Below are positions 20,209 through 30,682 of a stretch of DNA of 64,000 bases, one piece after another. The notes beneath the pieces were generated by a model, which worked only from the letters and a program-made list of their open reading frames with translations, was not told the DNA's origin and made no database searches. The first letter of the stretch is position 1; each line of letters opens with the position of its first letter. The stretch lies in NCBI GenBank assembly GCA_965248925.1, contig CBDFLE010000006.1, forward strand, positions 1,152,001 through 1,216,000, in the 5' to 3' direction. Source of the stretch: Candidatus Multivoradales bacterium. GTDB taxonomy: Bacteria; Acidobacteriota; Thermoanaerobaculia; Multivoradales; J023. Both the position numbers and the translations under genes were made by a program.

Positions 20209-21027
20209 TCATTCCGCTGCCGCCTCGGCAAAAGCCTGCACCAGAGCCACGGCCCGAGTGAGGTCAACACCCTCCTGCCAACGGCCGTTAAATTTCACCG
20301 CAGAGCCGACGATCAGGCCGGCAGCTGCGCGGTAGTCGGCAACGTTCTGCGGGTCGACGCCAGAGCCCACCAAGGTGGGTATGGCGACCGCCTCGGCCAC
20401 CGCTGTCACCTCGGCGGCGTCGGCCGGGCGGCCAGTGGAGCTACCCGTGATGATCACCCCATCGGCACAGCAGAATTCGGCGCCCTGCGCCGCTTCCACC
20501 AAGTCCAGATCAGCGGTCACCGCGTGCGCCGAGTGCTTCTTCTTGACGTCGGCCCAGACCTGCACTTGCTCGGCGCCGATACTTCGACGATAGCGCAGCA
20601 GATCGCCAGCATCGGCCTCGATCCAACCCTCGTCGGCGACATGGGCGAAGGCAAAACCCTCGACCCGCACAAACACCGCGCCAGAGGCCAACGCCACCGC
20701 CAACGCTTGACGATCAGCGCCGGCCAACACCTGCACCCCGAGGGGCAGATCGACCGCGGCGCGGACCTCGAGCGCCACCACGGTCATGGCGGCAACGATC
20801 TCCGGGCCGACGATGCGCTTCAGATACGGCCGGTCGTGCATGTTCTCGATCATCAGGCCATCGAAGCCAGCCTCCTGGTAGAGCTTGGCCTCGGCCACCG
20901 CGGCGGCGGCGATCTGTCGCACTTGCCGCTGCGCCAACGGCGTCCCCGGCAGCGCTTCGAGATGCAGCATGCCGATCAATGCCCGGCGGAGGCCGAACAG
21001 CTGCTCGATGGATCGCGCTTGGCTCAT
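20209..21027 (-). CDS. BtpA/SgcQ family protein
   Basis: IGMLHL..LPGTP, IENMHDRPY, ADVKKKH, ADGVIITG, LVGSGV. Confidence 0.92.
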   Translation of the reverse strand: MSQARSIEQLFGLRRALIGMLHLEALPGTPLAQRQVRQIAAAAVAEAKLYQEAGFDGLMIENMHDRPYLKRIVGPEIVAAMTVVALEVRAAVDLPLGVQVLAGADRQALAVALASGAVFVRVEGFAFAHVADEGWIEADAGDLLRYRRSIGAEQVQVWADVKKKHSAHAVTADLDLVEAAQGAEFCCADGVIITGSSTGRPADAAEVTAVAEAVAIPTLVGSGVDPQNVADYRAAAGLIVGSAVKFNGRWQEGVDLTRAVALVQAFAEAAAE

Positions 21028-21050
21028 CCTCAAAACGCTCCGCCAAGAAC

Positions 21051-22070
21051 TCAGCTGATCGGGTAGTAAATGTGGGTGAGCAGCTCTTCTTCCGGCGTCG
21101 AGCCCGGATCGGAGAGGAACTCTTCCCACGACCGATCACTGGCCTCGAGACCGCGGGCCGCCAGATAGGCTCCGATCTTGCCGTGGGTCGCTTCGAGATC
21201 AGAGTAGGGCCCTCGGTGGACGATTTTCACCACTGGCCCGGCATAGGTGCGGGTGATCTGCACGGGCGAATCCTCCGCCAATGGCCGTGATGGCTCGCTA
21301 GCGATCGGTATCGCCGCGTCGAAGCCGTAGCCTTGCTCTTCGTTCCAATGGTCGTTGATCGCCCGCGGCGCACCGGCCATTTCAAGACCCCGCTGGGCGA
21401 CGAAGCCCATTACCTGGCCATAGGCCGCGTGCAACGCCGCGCCCACTTCCGCCGAGTCCTGACCACTGGTGCCGCTGACGTAGGCCACCAAGACCTCTTC
21501 CGCCTCGATTTCTTCGACCTCCAAAGCACACCAATCGTCAGCCGGTAACGCCTCGGCCACCTCTTTGAGGGAAGCCAGACCTTCTTCGTAGACGGGGCCG
21601 AGCATGCCACCGATGAGGGGTCCAAAGTAGCGGTCGATGAAGCTGTCAAAGGTGGTGTCAAAACCCCAGATGATGCGGGTTCCGGCGTCGATTTCCTCGA
21701 GCTTGAAGAAAGAATCCGCCACCCCTTGCGGGCCAAAGTCGAGCTTGGCCCGAACCATCCCCGAACTCGACTCGACAATCTCCTGACTGCCGTTGCCAAC
21801 CTTCTTGTGGTCGCTCTTCCAACTCATTTTGGCGCCGACACCATAGGCCGGACCGGCGAAGCTGTACTCGGTGTTGGGATCGATCTTGGCCCAGGGTGAC
21901 CATTGGTTGAAGCGCTCGAAGCCGTCTACTTGGGCCTGAACGGTACACAGCGGCGCCGCGATCTCGACACTGCGATCGAGGTAAACAGACTTTGGCAGGA
22001 AGAACCCCGCCACGATCACTAGCGCCCCCAGTGCCAGGAGAAAGAAAAAAACCTTCTTCAGGATGCCCAT
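21051..22070 (-). CDS. SRPBCC domain + GyrI-like small-molecule-binding protein
   Basis: N-terminal TM; WSPW..GVGAKMSW..GNGSQ; HRGPYSDL..WEEFLSDP..THIYYP. Confidence 0.88.
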   Translation of the reverse strand: MGILKKVFFFLLALGALVIVAGFFLPKSVYLDRSVEIAAPLCTVQAQVDGFERFNQWSPWAKIDPNTEYSFAGPAYGVGAKMSWKSDHKKVGNGSQEIVESSSGMVRAKLDFGPQGVADSFFKLEEIDAGTRIIWGFDTTFDSFIDRYFGPLIGGMLGPVYEEGLASLKEVAEALPADDWCALEVEEIEAEEVLVAYVSGTSGQDSAEVGAALHAAYGQVMGFVAQRGLEMAGAPRAINDHWNEEQGYGFDAAIPIASEPSRPLAEDSPVQITRTYAGPVVKIVHRGPYSDLEATHGKIGAYLAARGLEASDRSWEEFLSDPGSTPEEELLTHIYYPIS

Positions 22071-22255
22071 GGATCCTCCGTCGAAAGACAGACGTTGCAG
22101 ATGTAGTTGCGAGAAGTTGCTGAATGCTAGCACCGCCAGGGGTGCCGCTGATCGCGGCTTGCAGGCTGGATCCGGTAACCCGTCCCTGTGGTACCTTGCG
22201 ACGACCGAGCTTGGCCACCGCTTCACCTCAATGCCAGCAACCGTGAGGATCTAGT

Positions 22256-22723
22256 TTGCTGCACATCTACGTCGATGCCGATGCCTGCCCGGTCAAGCGA
22301 GAGATTTATCGCGTCGCCAGCCGGCACGGCCTGCAAGTGACCCTGGTTAGTAACTCCTGGATACAAGTCCCCTACGAGCCCTGGATCACCTTGGAAGTCG
22401 TGGCTTCCGGGCTCGATGCCGCCGACGATTGGATCGTCGAGCAGCTGCGGCCGCTCGACATCGTGATCAGCGCCGACATCCCTTTGGCGGACCGTTGCCT
22501 GAAGGCCGGCGCCCGGGTTCTCGGTACCACCGGCAGGCTTTTCACCGAAGACAGCATCGGCCAGGCACTCGCCACCCGTGACCTGCTCGCCGAGCTGCGC
22601 GACGCTGGCGAGAGGATCGGCGGGCCGGCACCGCAAGGAAAGAACGACCGATCCCGTTTTCTGCAGCAGCTCGATGAGATGATCCACGCCATCCGCCGGC
22701 AACAACCACCCGGTCCCGGTTGA
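22256..22723 (+). CDS. YaiI/YqxD (DUF188) family protein
   Basis: IYVDADACPVK, DAADDWI, DIPLA. Confidence 0.92.
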   Translation: MLHIYVDADACPVKREIYRVASRHGLQVTLVSNSWIQVPYEPWITLEVVASGLDAADDWIVEQLRPLDIVISADIPLADRCLKAGARVLGTTGRLFTEDSIGQALATRDLLAELRDAGERIGGPAPQGKNDRSRFLQQLDEMIHAIRRQQPPGPG

Positions 22724-22791
22724 CCCGCGCCCAACGTCGCTGACCCACGAATCGGCAGCAGCATCCTCAGCGGCGGGCTATCATAGGTTGG

Positions 22792-23166
22792 ATGCCAAGC
22801 CGCACCCAACAGCGCGACGCTATTCGCAACGCCTTCGAGACCACCGACCGGCCGCTCGGCCCGCAGGAAGTGCATAACCTCGCCCAACGCCAGCTGCCCC
22901 GGCTCGGCCTGGCGACGGTCTACCGCAACATCCGCAAGCTGGTCGAGAACGGCTGGCTGCGGGCGGTCGGACTGCCCGGCGAGCCCGATCGCTACGAGGT
23001 GGCCGGAAAGTCACACCACCATCACTTTCATTGCCGGCAATGCGACGCGGTGTTCGATGTCGAAGGTTGCCCCGGCGACCTGGGAGATCTATCGCCGAGC
23101 GGCTTCGTGCTCGAATCGCACGAGATCATCCTCTACGGCCTGTGCGCCACCTGCTCCGCTCCCTGA
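22792..23166 (+). CDS. Fur-family metalloregulator
   Basis: RTQQR, LATVYRNI, HHHHFHCRQC, GLCATC. Confidence 0.92.
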   Translation: MPSRTQQRDAIRNAFETTDRPLGPQEVHNLAQRQLPRLGLATVYRNIRKLVENGWLRAVGLPGEPDRYEVAGKSHHHHFHCRQCDAVFDVEGCPGDLGDLSPSGFVLESHEIILYGLCATCSAP

Positions 23167-23240
23167 GTTCGAGCGGGTTTTTCCGGGTCTCGGGGCCGGT
23201 GGCCTCGATCGTGTCGACGGCGGGCTACTCCCCCCCCAAG

Positions 23241-23465
23241 CTACCTTCTCGCGTCCCCGCCATCGCCAGGTCCCGCGATCAACGCCCACAAGTAGCGGCC
23301 GCCGCCCGCCGCCACCAGCAAGCCGCCGACACCGATGAACACCAGGAAGGCCGTCGGGTGTGACCAGAAGAGCGTCACCGCTTGGACCAACAAACCGACG
23401 CTGATCAACAAGCCCGCTTGAGCCAGCTGCCGCCGCCGGCTTTGATCAGATTCAGCCATCGCCAT
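23241..23465 (-). CDS. Small two-TM membrane protein
   Basis: Two hydrophobic segments; overlaps the stop of the cytochrome fragment. Confidence 0.7.
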   Translation of the reverse strand: MAMAESDQSRRRQLAQAGLLISVGLLVQAVTLFWSHPTAFLVFIGVGGLLVAAGGGRYLWALIAGPGDGGDARR

Positions 23466-23724
23466 TCCCCTCCCAAACCTCGAACTCGCCGAGATTCCCG
23501 ACGTCGTGAATCGGCTCGTGACACTCCAGGCAAGAGGTCTCGCCGCTCGCTATCTCGGCGCGCTCCTCGCGGTGGAGCTCGTCGGCCTCGAATCGGCGAC
23601 CGCCGCCCTGACAGTTTAGACACTCGCGATTGTTGTAGGGCTGGTAGAGCTCGATCGTCTCCGGCAGAGTTCCCAGGTAATACACCCAGAAGTGCTTGAG
23701 ACCCCGCAGCTTGGCGCGCAGGTC
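23452..23724 (-). pseudogene. 3' fragment of a NapC/NirT-like multiheme cytochrome c gene
   Basis: DLRAKLRGLKHFWVYY..ECLNCQ (CxxCH degraded)..SCLECH; similarity stops near 23724 with no N-terminal half. Confidence 0.7.
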
Positions 23725-23805
23725 TAATTGTCGCTGTGGGCACCGCGCCCCTCGTCGAGTCCGAGCAAGGCGCCGTCAGTGGCCAGCCGAGGCCGAATTG
23801 TCCGC

Positions 23806-24531
23806 CTAATAAGCATTGCGCCGCGCCAGCGAAACCCAACTTCCACATTCGCCGAGAATTAGGTGATCGACCAAGGGTATTGCCAGCAGCTTGCCCGCCT
23901 CGGCCAACTGGCGAGTGAACAACAGATCGTTGGCGCTTGGCGAAGGGTCGCCTCTAGGGTGGTTGTGAAATGCGATCAATGAGCTAGCGCTGTGCCGTAT
24001 CGCGGCACGAAGAATCGGTGCTGGCGTGGCCGGTGATCGGTGCGCTGTGCCGCGAAATATCTCACACTTGGCGATTAGTCTGAGTTTCCCATCGAGCAGT
24101 AGCACACCGAGGACCTCCTGATCGTAGTTGCCATCCAGGGCCAGGAACTCGGCAACCACCGAGGGCTCATCGAGCAGCCGACGATGGCTGATCTTGGCCT
24201 TAGCCAGCCGCCGCATCAGCTCTCCCGCCGCCATCAGAACAGCCGCTCGCCCCTCGCTGGCGCCACTGCGCACCAACGCCACACGCTGGGCGCGAAACAG
24301 CTCCCTGAGCCCGCCAACGGATGGCAGCAGGCCCTCTGCCACTTCCTCGGCCGAGCGGTAGCGCAGCAAGACTGCTAGCAGTTCAGTATCCGTCAACCCA
24401 GCCGCTCCGTGCCGCAGCAAGCGGTCCTTTGGCTTCAGCTCGGCCGTCGACCACTGAGCGGAGCGGTCGGTGGTGGCGGCCGCCATCTCGCTCTTGCTCA
24501 GAGCACAAGGAAATATTGCCAAGTCGTTCAA
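23806..24531 (-). CDS. radC: RadC-family JAB domain protein
   Basis: PKDRLL..LTDTELLAVLL, QEVL, HNHPRGDPSPSAND, LVDHLI. Confidence 0.9.
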   Translation of the reverse strand: MNDLAIFPCALSKSEMAAATTDRSAQWSTAELKPKDRLLRHGAAGLTDTELLAVLLRYRSAEEVAEGLLPSVGGLRELFRAQRVALVRSGASEGRAAVLMAAGELMRRLAKAKISHRRLLDEPSVVAEFLALDGNYDQEVLGVLLLDGKLRLIAKCEIFRGTAHRSPATPAPILRAAIRHSASSLIAFHNHPRGDPSPSANDLLFTRQLAEAGKLLAIPLVDHLILGECGSWVSLARRNAY

Positions 24532-25520
24532 GGCGTCTCCTCGGACCGCGTGCCCTGGTCGGACAAGGCGACCAGGCTTTCGACCCCGCGCGCCAGCAAC
24601 AGATGGCCTTCCCTGAGCTTCTCGCGGGTTGCCAGCAGAATCAGTGTGAGACTGAGGCCGCGCAGGTTAACATCGAGTTCGACGCTCAAGTTCCGCGCCA
24701 TCTTCAGCATTGTCTTCAAGAAATCCTGCGCCGCCTGCGGATCGTCAAATTGCAGAGAGCAAACAAACGTTGCTGAGTCGCCCTCCTGCCGCCAATGAGA
24801 AAGGTCTTTCATGCCGAGTTGAATGCGCTCCGGTTTCATTGTTGAGTCCTGCCTACAAGCGGTTGAAAAAGGACCCGGTTCGGAGGCCATGGTAGCAACC
24901 CCCGAACCGGGTTTGAAGGGCGAAGCGCCGCGGGGTGCGGCGCTATCGCCAAGGCTCGCAACGCCTGTGCAGTCGCTCAGGGCGCTGGTTGAAATGGGTT
25001 CTTGAGGTGCGCGGGCAAAGAGCAGCATCTCGGTAATCAGATCCCGCACGCTGACCAGTAGTTCGGCGGGCGCTGAGCCGTCGCAAGCACTCAGCATCAG
25101 CCGCCAGGTTTTGATCAGCTGGGCGACGGAACCGAGGGAAGTTTGCCGCCGCAGGTCGTGCTCACGGGTCGCCAACCACACTTCTGCTCCGGTCTTACGG
25201 TGCCAGTTGGGCAGACACTGGCTGTCGGCGGCGTGGGCATCCCACTGCTCCCACAAATCCGCATCCGACGCGGCCATGTAGCCCAGCAAGGCATCGCTGT
25301 CTTGGCGTAGGTCGGCGATCCGGTTGCCCCATCTGCCCAGTGGGTAGAGCTGCGGCGCCGGGTCTTCGTCGCCTTGCCAGCGAGCACCGGGGGGGATCGG
25401 CGCCAGCAGGGCGCTGGGCCAGGGTTCCATCAATGCCCGTTCGGCGAGGATTTGGTGCTCGGCGGCCAGCAGGCCGGCACGGCGCAGATCCGCCAGTTGG
25501 ATTGGGGACTGGTGGCTCAC
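24528..25520 (-). CDS. Hypothetical protein
   Basis: 330-codon ORF with 4-nt overlaps to both neighbours. Confidence 0.6.
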   Translation of the reverse strand: MSHQSPIQLADLRRAGLLAAEHQILAERALMEPWPSALLAPIPPGARWQGDEDPAPQLYPLGRWGNRIADLRQDSDALLGYMAASDADLWEQWDAHAADSQCLPNWHRKTGAEVWLATREHDLRRQTSLGSVAQLIKTWRLMLSACDGSAPAELLVSVRDLITEMLLFARAPQEPISTSALSDCTGVASLGDSAAPRGASPFKPGSGVATMASEPGPFSTACRQDSTMKPERIQLGMKDLSHWRQEGDSATFVCSLQFDDPQAAQDFLKTMLKMARNLSVELDVNLRGLSLTLILLATREKLREGHLLLARGVESLVALSDQGTRSEETP

Positions 25521-25906
25521 GGCGAGTCTCCGTCGCTGGACGGAGCGGCTGCTGCCGCTTGGTTAGCAGGTCCTTGGCCGGCCGTGGTTTTCTTTCCGCT
25601 CTTCCGCGCCGAGCCGCGCAGAGCCTCGCCGACGAACTCGAGCAAGTACATGGAAAACCCCAACACCTGGCAGGGGGCTGAGGCTAAGGGAATTCCATTC
25701 GCGCTCACCGTCTCGCCATCCCGCAGCTGACTGTTGAACTTGAGAGCGGAACCGAGCAATCTGGCAAGTCGCCGGTGCTCTCTTTTAATTCTGAAACTGG
25801 CCTCCAACATGTCGCGCCAAAGGGTGTCTTCAAAAGTTGCAAAATCGATCTCGCTTTCTTCCCTTGCTGGGTCGGATGATGCTGTGGTTTTCCCTTCACC
25901 TGACAT
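25517..25906 (-). CDS. Hypothetical protein
   Basis: 129-codon ORF, GGGAG RBS, heads the radC operon. Confidence 0.6.
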   Translation of the reverse strand: MSGEGKTTASSDPAREESEIDFATFEDTLWRDMLEASFRIKREHRRLARLLGSALKFNSQLRDGETVSANGIPLASAPCQVLGFSMYLLEFVGEALRGSARKSGKKTTAGQGPANQAAAAAPSSDGDSP

Positions 25907-26003
25907 GACGATGCTCCCTGGGTGGACTGAGCTCTGGTTCGTGCGCTAGGCTACGGTCCAGAAGGAAAGCGCAGAAGAACAAGCTCCGATCCGCCCCTTT
26001 TCG

Positions 26004-27479
26004 ATGGATTCACGATCTACAGCCAACAGTGAACGCCGCCCCTTGGCCGCCCTACGTGCGCGCCAAGAGATCGCCCGCCTGGCCGAGTTGCACCATGGCT
26101 GTTTGGCGGCGATCGAATCTGAGATGCTGCGGCGGGCGCCCGGCTACGTCGGCAAGGTGGTGCGGGGCGATGTTGATTTGAAGCTCGATCAAGAGCAGGC
26201 AATCATCGAAGCCTTGGGCGAGAACTGGCGCGACTACCTGGCGCGACTGGCGGCACCGATCGACGTGCTCGCCACCCTGGAAAGCCTCTACGACGACACC
26301 GAAGAGCCGAGAGCCTCTGCCGAGCTACGCTGGGCGGCGCAGAGAGTCATCCATCAAAAGCCGCTTCTCGACTCCAAAGAACCGCCCCCCAGCCGGTCCC
26401 TGCTGCGAGCGTTCAGACTCGGCACCGAAGAACAACGCCTCGGAGTCCTGACCCGGCCCAAAGCGAAGAATCTAGCCTTCGTCAGGGCAGCGGCAGAAAT
26501 ACTCGATGAGCATCGCTACACCAAACCGGGCGAAGCAGCGAAGCTGTCCCACATCCTGGCCGTAGAAATCGTCCCTGAAATCTCGGCACCGCGGACGCTG
26601 GAGACATTCGTCCAGGCGGCAGGAGTCTTCGCTTCAGCGCATCGCGTAGCGAGCAATCTTGACCTCGCGGCACGGGTACTGCGCACCGTGGTGCTGATCA
26701 GCCCACGCGCTGGCACGCCAGCGTATGTCAGAGCCTTGCAACGGGCCGTCTGCGTGCTGCAAGATCAGACCCGATACGATGAGGCGATCGAGGTCTGCAA
26801 GGTCATGGCGGGGCTCCTTGCCAGTTTGGGCGACCATGCCAGCCTAGGGCAAGTCCTTGTCGATACTGCAAACAGCCTCCTGTGGCTGGGCAAGATTAGG
26901 CCCTGCATCGAATCCTACAGACTTGCTCTGAAACTACTACCTCAGCGAATGAGGCGATACCGGCTGGCTGCGTTCCACGGCCTCGCTATCGGATATAGAA
27001 GAGATGACAAGGATGATCGGGCCGACCAATCTGTGGCCCGAGCAGAAAGGCTAAAACGGCGCTCAAACATCTACGATCACGCGCTTATCCTGTATGACAG
27101 AGGGGAGATTGCCGAGAGGGAAGAGAGCTACCGCTCAGCTGCTCAGCTATTCAGGAAATCTAGAGATCTACTACGCCCCATCAATCCATTAGACAGCTCA
27201 TCTGCTGGCCTTAAGCTGGTTGCCATGCTTTTATTGCAGGGCAAGGTTATACAGGCCTATACCGAGGCAAAGTCGATGTCAGCATTCCTGAAACCGCTCG
27301 CCAAGAATCCGGTCGCCGAAGCAGCAATCACTGATTTTGGGCGTCTGGTGATCTGCGGTAAATTGAGCGTGGCGATTGTCCGAGTAGCTCTGGCACAGCT
27401 GGAGAATGTGCGCGCCCTAGCAAGCGATAGTTCGACGCTAGGGCGCACTACCGGGCATCTTATCCGCCCGGCTGGATAA
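26004..27479 (+). CDS. Degenerate XRE-like HTH + TPR protein
   Basis: GYVGKVVRGDVDLKLD..IIEALG HTH-like segment followed by TPR-like helical repeats; divergent from the radC operon. Confidence 0.65.
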   Translation: MDSRSTANSERRPLAALRARQEIARLAELHHGCLAAIESEMLRRAPGYVGKVVRGDVDLKLDQEQAIIEALGENWRDYLARLAAPIDVLATLESLYDDTEEPRASAELRWAAQRVIHQKPLLDSKEPPPSRSLLRAFRLGTEEQRLGVLTRPKAKNLAFVRAAAEILDEHRYTKPGEAAKLSHILAVEIVPEISAPRTLETFVQAAGVFASAHRVASNLDLAARVLRTVVLISPRAGTPAYVRALQRAVCVLQDQTRYDEAIEVCKVMAGLLASLGDHASLGQVLVDTANSLLWLGKIRPCIESYRLALKLLPQRMRRYRLAAFHGLAIGYRRDDKDDRADQSVARAERLKRRSNIYDHALILYDRGEIAEREESYRSAAQLFRKSRDLLRPINPLDSSSAGLKLVAMLLLQGKVIQAYTEAKSMSAFLKPLAKNPVAEAAITDFGRLVICGKLSVAIVRVALAQLENVRALASDSSTLGRTTGHLIRPAG

Positions 27480-28094
27480 GTGGAGCGTGTTCCATCCCTC
27501 CGGACGGATCAAGTCGTCCATTCCCCGGTTGACGGACAGCAACAAACTCCTCGCTCCTGCGCATCTCGCCTCCTCGCCGCGAATCCCCGATGAGCGGCGT
27601 TGCCCACCGCTTCGCGCGGTACAGGAGGAACCTAGCAAGCCTCACATCAAAGCCGAGCCCAATCTCTGTTTTTAGTGCAATTTGCGTATTACCGGCGGCC
27701 CTGAGAAATTCGCAGGCAGAAACCGCTGCGCTGCTATCCTGCTTGTTATCAGAGGCTTAGAAATGTCCTCAGTCAGACTGGCCGCTGTGCTCGGTAGTGT
27801 TTTATCCCATTGCAACCTTGCTCGCAGAAGCTCCAGAATCCGGAGTCTTTCCGAACTCCGAGCAGTGCCGAGCAAGCTGGCCCTGAAGAGCTTTACCAAG
27901 CGGCGCCAGTTGCTGTGACTCCGCTCTCCGAGTTCGGCCCTGCTTCGTACCACGGCCGCAGGTCCTCGCCCAAATAGCCTTCTTGCCATTCGGCCAGCGT
28001 GAACGGAAGCACCCACCTGTTATTGACTTCTCCTACACAGAGGATTACTCTACATACCGTTCCGCACAGAGAATCTCTGCTAGGGAGGTGTTTC

Positions 28095-28469
28095 ATGCGT
28101 AAAGTCCTACTCGGTTTTCTTTTCACGATCGCGCTCGCCTCGTTCATCTGCTCGCCCGCGGCGGCGCAACTCAACGACTACGGCGGGTCCGATGGTTGCA
28201 ATGGTGGAGGCGGCCCGGTCATTCCTCCGCCCCCACCCCCCGATCCACCGCCGGATCCAGACGAGTCTTGCGAGTATTGCAACGGAGAATACTTCAGCAA
28301 CCTGATCGATGATTCTGGAGTCTTCTACCAATGCCAGGAAGTTGAAGATCCTGGCCCAGACGACCCTGGCCATAAGAACTGCACTACCAGCGGAAGATCG
28401 ATTATTGATTTCGAGGGTCAGCAGTGGTGGATAAGCTGCTCGGTAAACACGGAATGTACCTGGGCCTGA
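28095..28469 (+). CDS. Small secreted Cys-rich, Pro-rich protein
   Basis: GGGAGG RBS; signal peptide ending AAA-Q; poly-Pro linker; 7 Cys in the mature part. Confidence 0.8.
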   Translation: MRKVLLGFLFTIALASFICSPAAAQLNDYGGSDGCNGGGGPVIPPPPPPDPPPDPDESCEYCNGEYFSNLIDDSGVFYQCQEVEDPGPDDPGHKNCTTSGRSIIDFEGQQWWISCSVNTECTWA

Positions 28470-30682
28470 TTGGCTTCAGCTGCTGGCTCGCAAGTGGTCT
28501 GACGGTAGGCTCCGAAGTTGCGTTGCCGCTGATCGAAGTCAGAGTTGTGATCTCTAGTACACTGGACTTGGAGAGCCCAGTGCCCGCTGTCCTGAGAGTG
28601 GAAGTTCCGACTTCCGCTATTGACGAGCAGCACACTATCGAGATTCCAGGAACGACCGCGCTGCGGCTTCCCGCTACCCAGATCGCTACTCTTGCAGTGA
28701 TATCAGAAGGACTCTGGGCTGCCCCCAAGATCCTCCTGCCGGGCAAGGCCGACGACGGAACACGCATTGAGGTTTTCGCCGCCAGTTCAGTGAGTGGCTC
28801 AATCCGGCTGGACCAAGACAGCCTGCCTGACCAGATAGAACTTAAACTTGAGCAAGTGCCAGCTTGGCTCAGGCAAGGCGAGGATGCAGGGCCTGCGGGG
28901 ACTAGCCTCACCTGCCCTGTCGATGCCGACGGGAAGTGGGATTGTGAAGTCCCGGCGGGTATCTTCGATCTTCGACTCAGTGCCGATGGCAAGGTACCGC
29001 GATATTTCTGGAAACACCGGTTCCCAGGCGGGGGACGGCTGGCCCTCGGCCCAATCTCTCTGCGCGGCGGGGCGTCCGTCTCTGGCTGGGTGGAAACCGA
29101 GGACCACGATACAATCCGTGGTTCAGTGATCATTCGACCGGCCGATCTAACTTACAGTACCGATCCACCACCTCCGGCTACCCTACGGCAACGGCCAGCC
29201 GTCTCGCCGATCAATGAGCGCGGATTCTTCCAGCTGTCCGGGATCCCACCAGGTGGTTACGAAGTTGAGGCGCAGCAAAAAGGCTATGCGAGCATGCAAG
29301 CGGTGCCCATCACCATTATCGCAGACCGTGAAGCCGTATTGCTGTCGCCACTGATTCTTCGACGACCGGTGGTGCTTGAAATTATCACTGAACCGGCTAC
29401 CGATCCCTGGCAAAGAGTTTGGCGTGCAAAGCTGCAAGGGCAGGACTTTCCCGAGATTCGCGAGGGCACACTGGCTGCTGATGGGCGCTGGCGAGTGGAG
29501 GATCTGCCAGCGGGCTCTTACCGCCTTTTGATAGAGAACTATCGCGGCGATCGTCTCCAAGACATTGATGTTGAAGTCCAGCCCGATATGGGAGAGTTCT
29601 TGGTTCAACTGCCATTGTTGCGGGTCCATGGTAAGATCAAGTTGGGCGACGAGTCGGTGGCCGGGCAACTATGGCTGAGCAACGGGCACAAAAAGATCCA
29701 CTTCTTTGTCGACCAAGAAAAGGGTTTCGACGCCTACCTACCGATGGTCGAGCCACCGCTATGGTCTCCGGAAGTGCGCCTAGAGGGGGAGGGAGACTCC
29801 AAGTTACAACTCAAGTCAGTAGAGATCGAAGTAGCACCGGGCCTAGATCATGCCCACCTCGATCTGGAGCTACCGGACACGGAGATTCGCGGCAGAGTCG
29901 TCGATGCTGACGACCAGCCGGTAAGCCGAAGCTATGTCACGGCCATCCAACAGGGTTCCCTTGGTGCATTGCAGGCAACTCGGACGGACTCGGAAGGAAG
30001 ATTTCGCCTCCGTGGCGTGGCGCCAGGGTCGGTAACCGTCAAGGCCAATGAGGGCTCGGCCAACAGCCAAGCGGTAGTCCTTAATATGCAACCATCACAG
30101 CCCGCCACGCAACTCTTGCTCGTGTTGCAGCGCATGATCACGATCAGCGGCCAAGTGCTAACCCCAGGCGGTCAGCCGCAGCCGGGAGTTCAAGTATCGG
30201 TCTTGCCAATATCTCCACCCGGCTCGGGTCCACGATTCTATAGCCACACCAACCGCAAGACTGATTTGGCTGGAGTCTTCGAAAGTCAGATCCCTGAAGA
30301 TATCAAAGAGGTCCACCTGGCGATCTTCTCGCCTGGTTTTGCAGTGCGCTTGCTGCGCCGATCAGTGAGTCCTGAGCAGGTCTTGATAATACAATTGGAT
30401 CAATCCGCAGGTCGGTTGGAGTTGCTTTTTTCGGAGGATAAGAAAGCTATTCGACAGCAAGCACGCGGACTATTACACCGCGATGGTTCCCACTTTCCAT
30501 TGATGATTTTTGAGAGTTGGGCCAGATTTCACGACACCTGGTCACTAGCACAAATGGTGCTGCCGATGATGGAGCCAGGCTTGTACGAAGTCTGCGAGCC
30601 GAAGCCGCGAGATGGAAGCACGCGCCGCTGCGCAGATGGCTTTCTCGCTCCCGGCGGTGAACTCAGCTTGAGCTTGCGCTGA
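28454..30682 (+). CDS. Carboxypeptidase-regulatory-like (prealbumin-fold beta-sandwich) repeat protein
   Basis: Repeated GxVxD..P..TDxxGxFxLxGxxPGxY units; hydrophobic N-terminus. Confidence 0.75.
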   Translation: MYLGLIGFSCWLASGLTVGSEVALPLIEVRVVISSTLDLESPVPAVLRVEVPTSAIDEQHTIEIPGTTALRLPATQIATLAVISEGLWAAPKILLPGKADDGTRIEVFAASSVSGSIRLDQDSLPDQIELKLEQVPAWLRQGEDAGPAGTSLTCPVDADGKWDCEVPAGIFDLRLSADGKVPRYFWKHRFPGGGRLALGPISLRGGASVSGWVETEDHDTIRGSVIIRPADLTYSTDPPPPATLRQRPAVSPINERGFFQLSGIPPGGYEVEAQQKGYASMQAVPITIIADREAVLLSPLILRRPVVLEIITEPATDPWQRVWRAKLQGQDFPEIREGTLAADGRWRVEDLPAGSYRLLIENYRGDRLQDIDVEVQPDMGEFLVQLPLLRVHGKIKLGDESVAGQLWLSNGHKKIHFFVDQEKGFDAYLPMVEPPLWSPEVRLEGEGDSKLQLKSVEIEVAPGLDHAHLDLELPDTEIRGRVVDADDQPVSRSYVTAIQQGSLGALQATRTDSEGRFRLRGVAPGSVTVKANEGSANSQAVVLNMQPSQPATQLLLVLQRMITISGQVLTPGGQPQPGVQVSVLPISPPGSGPRFYSHTNRKTDLAGVFESQIPEDIKEVHLAIFSPGFAVRLLRRSVSPEQVLIIQLDQSAGRLELLFSEDKKAIRQQARGLLHRDGSHFPLMIFESWARFHDTWSLAQMVLPMMEPGLYEVCEPKPRDGSTRRCADGFLAPGGELSLSLR

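Noticed and set aside
27487-28094. Short ORFs in the island's intergenic gap
   Set aside because: Mutually overlapping on both strands, with no recognisable motif or RBS
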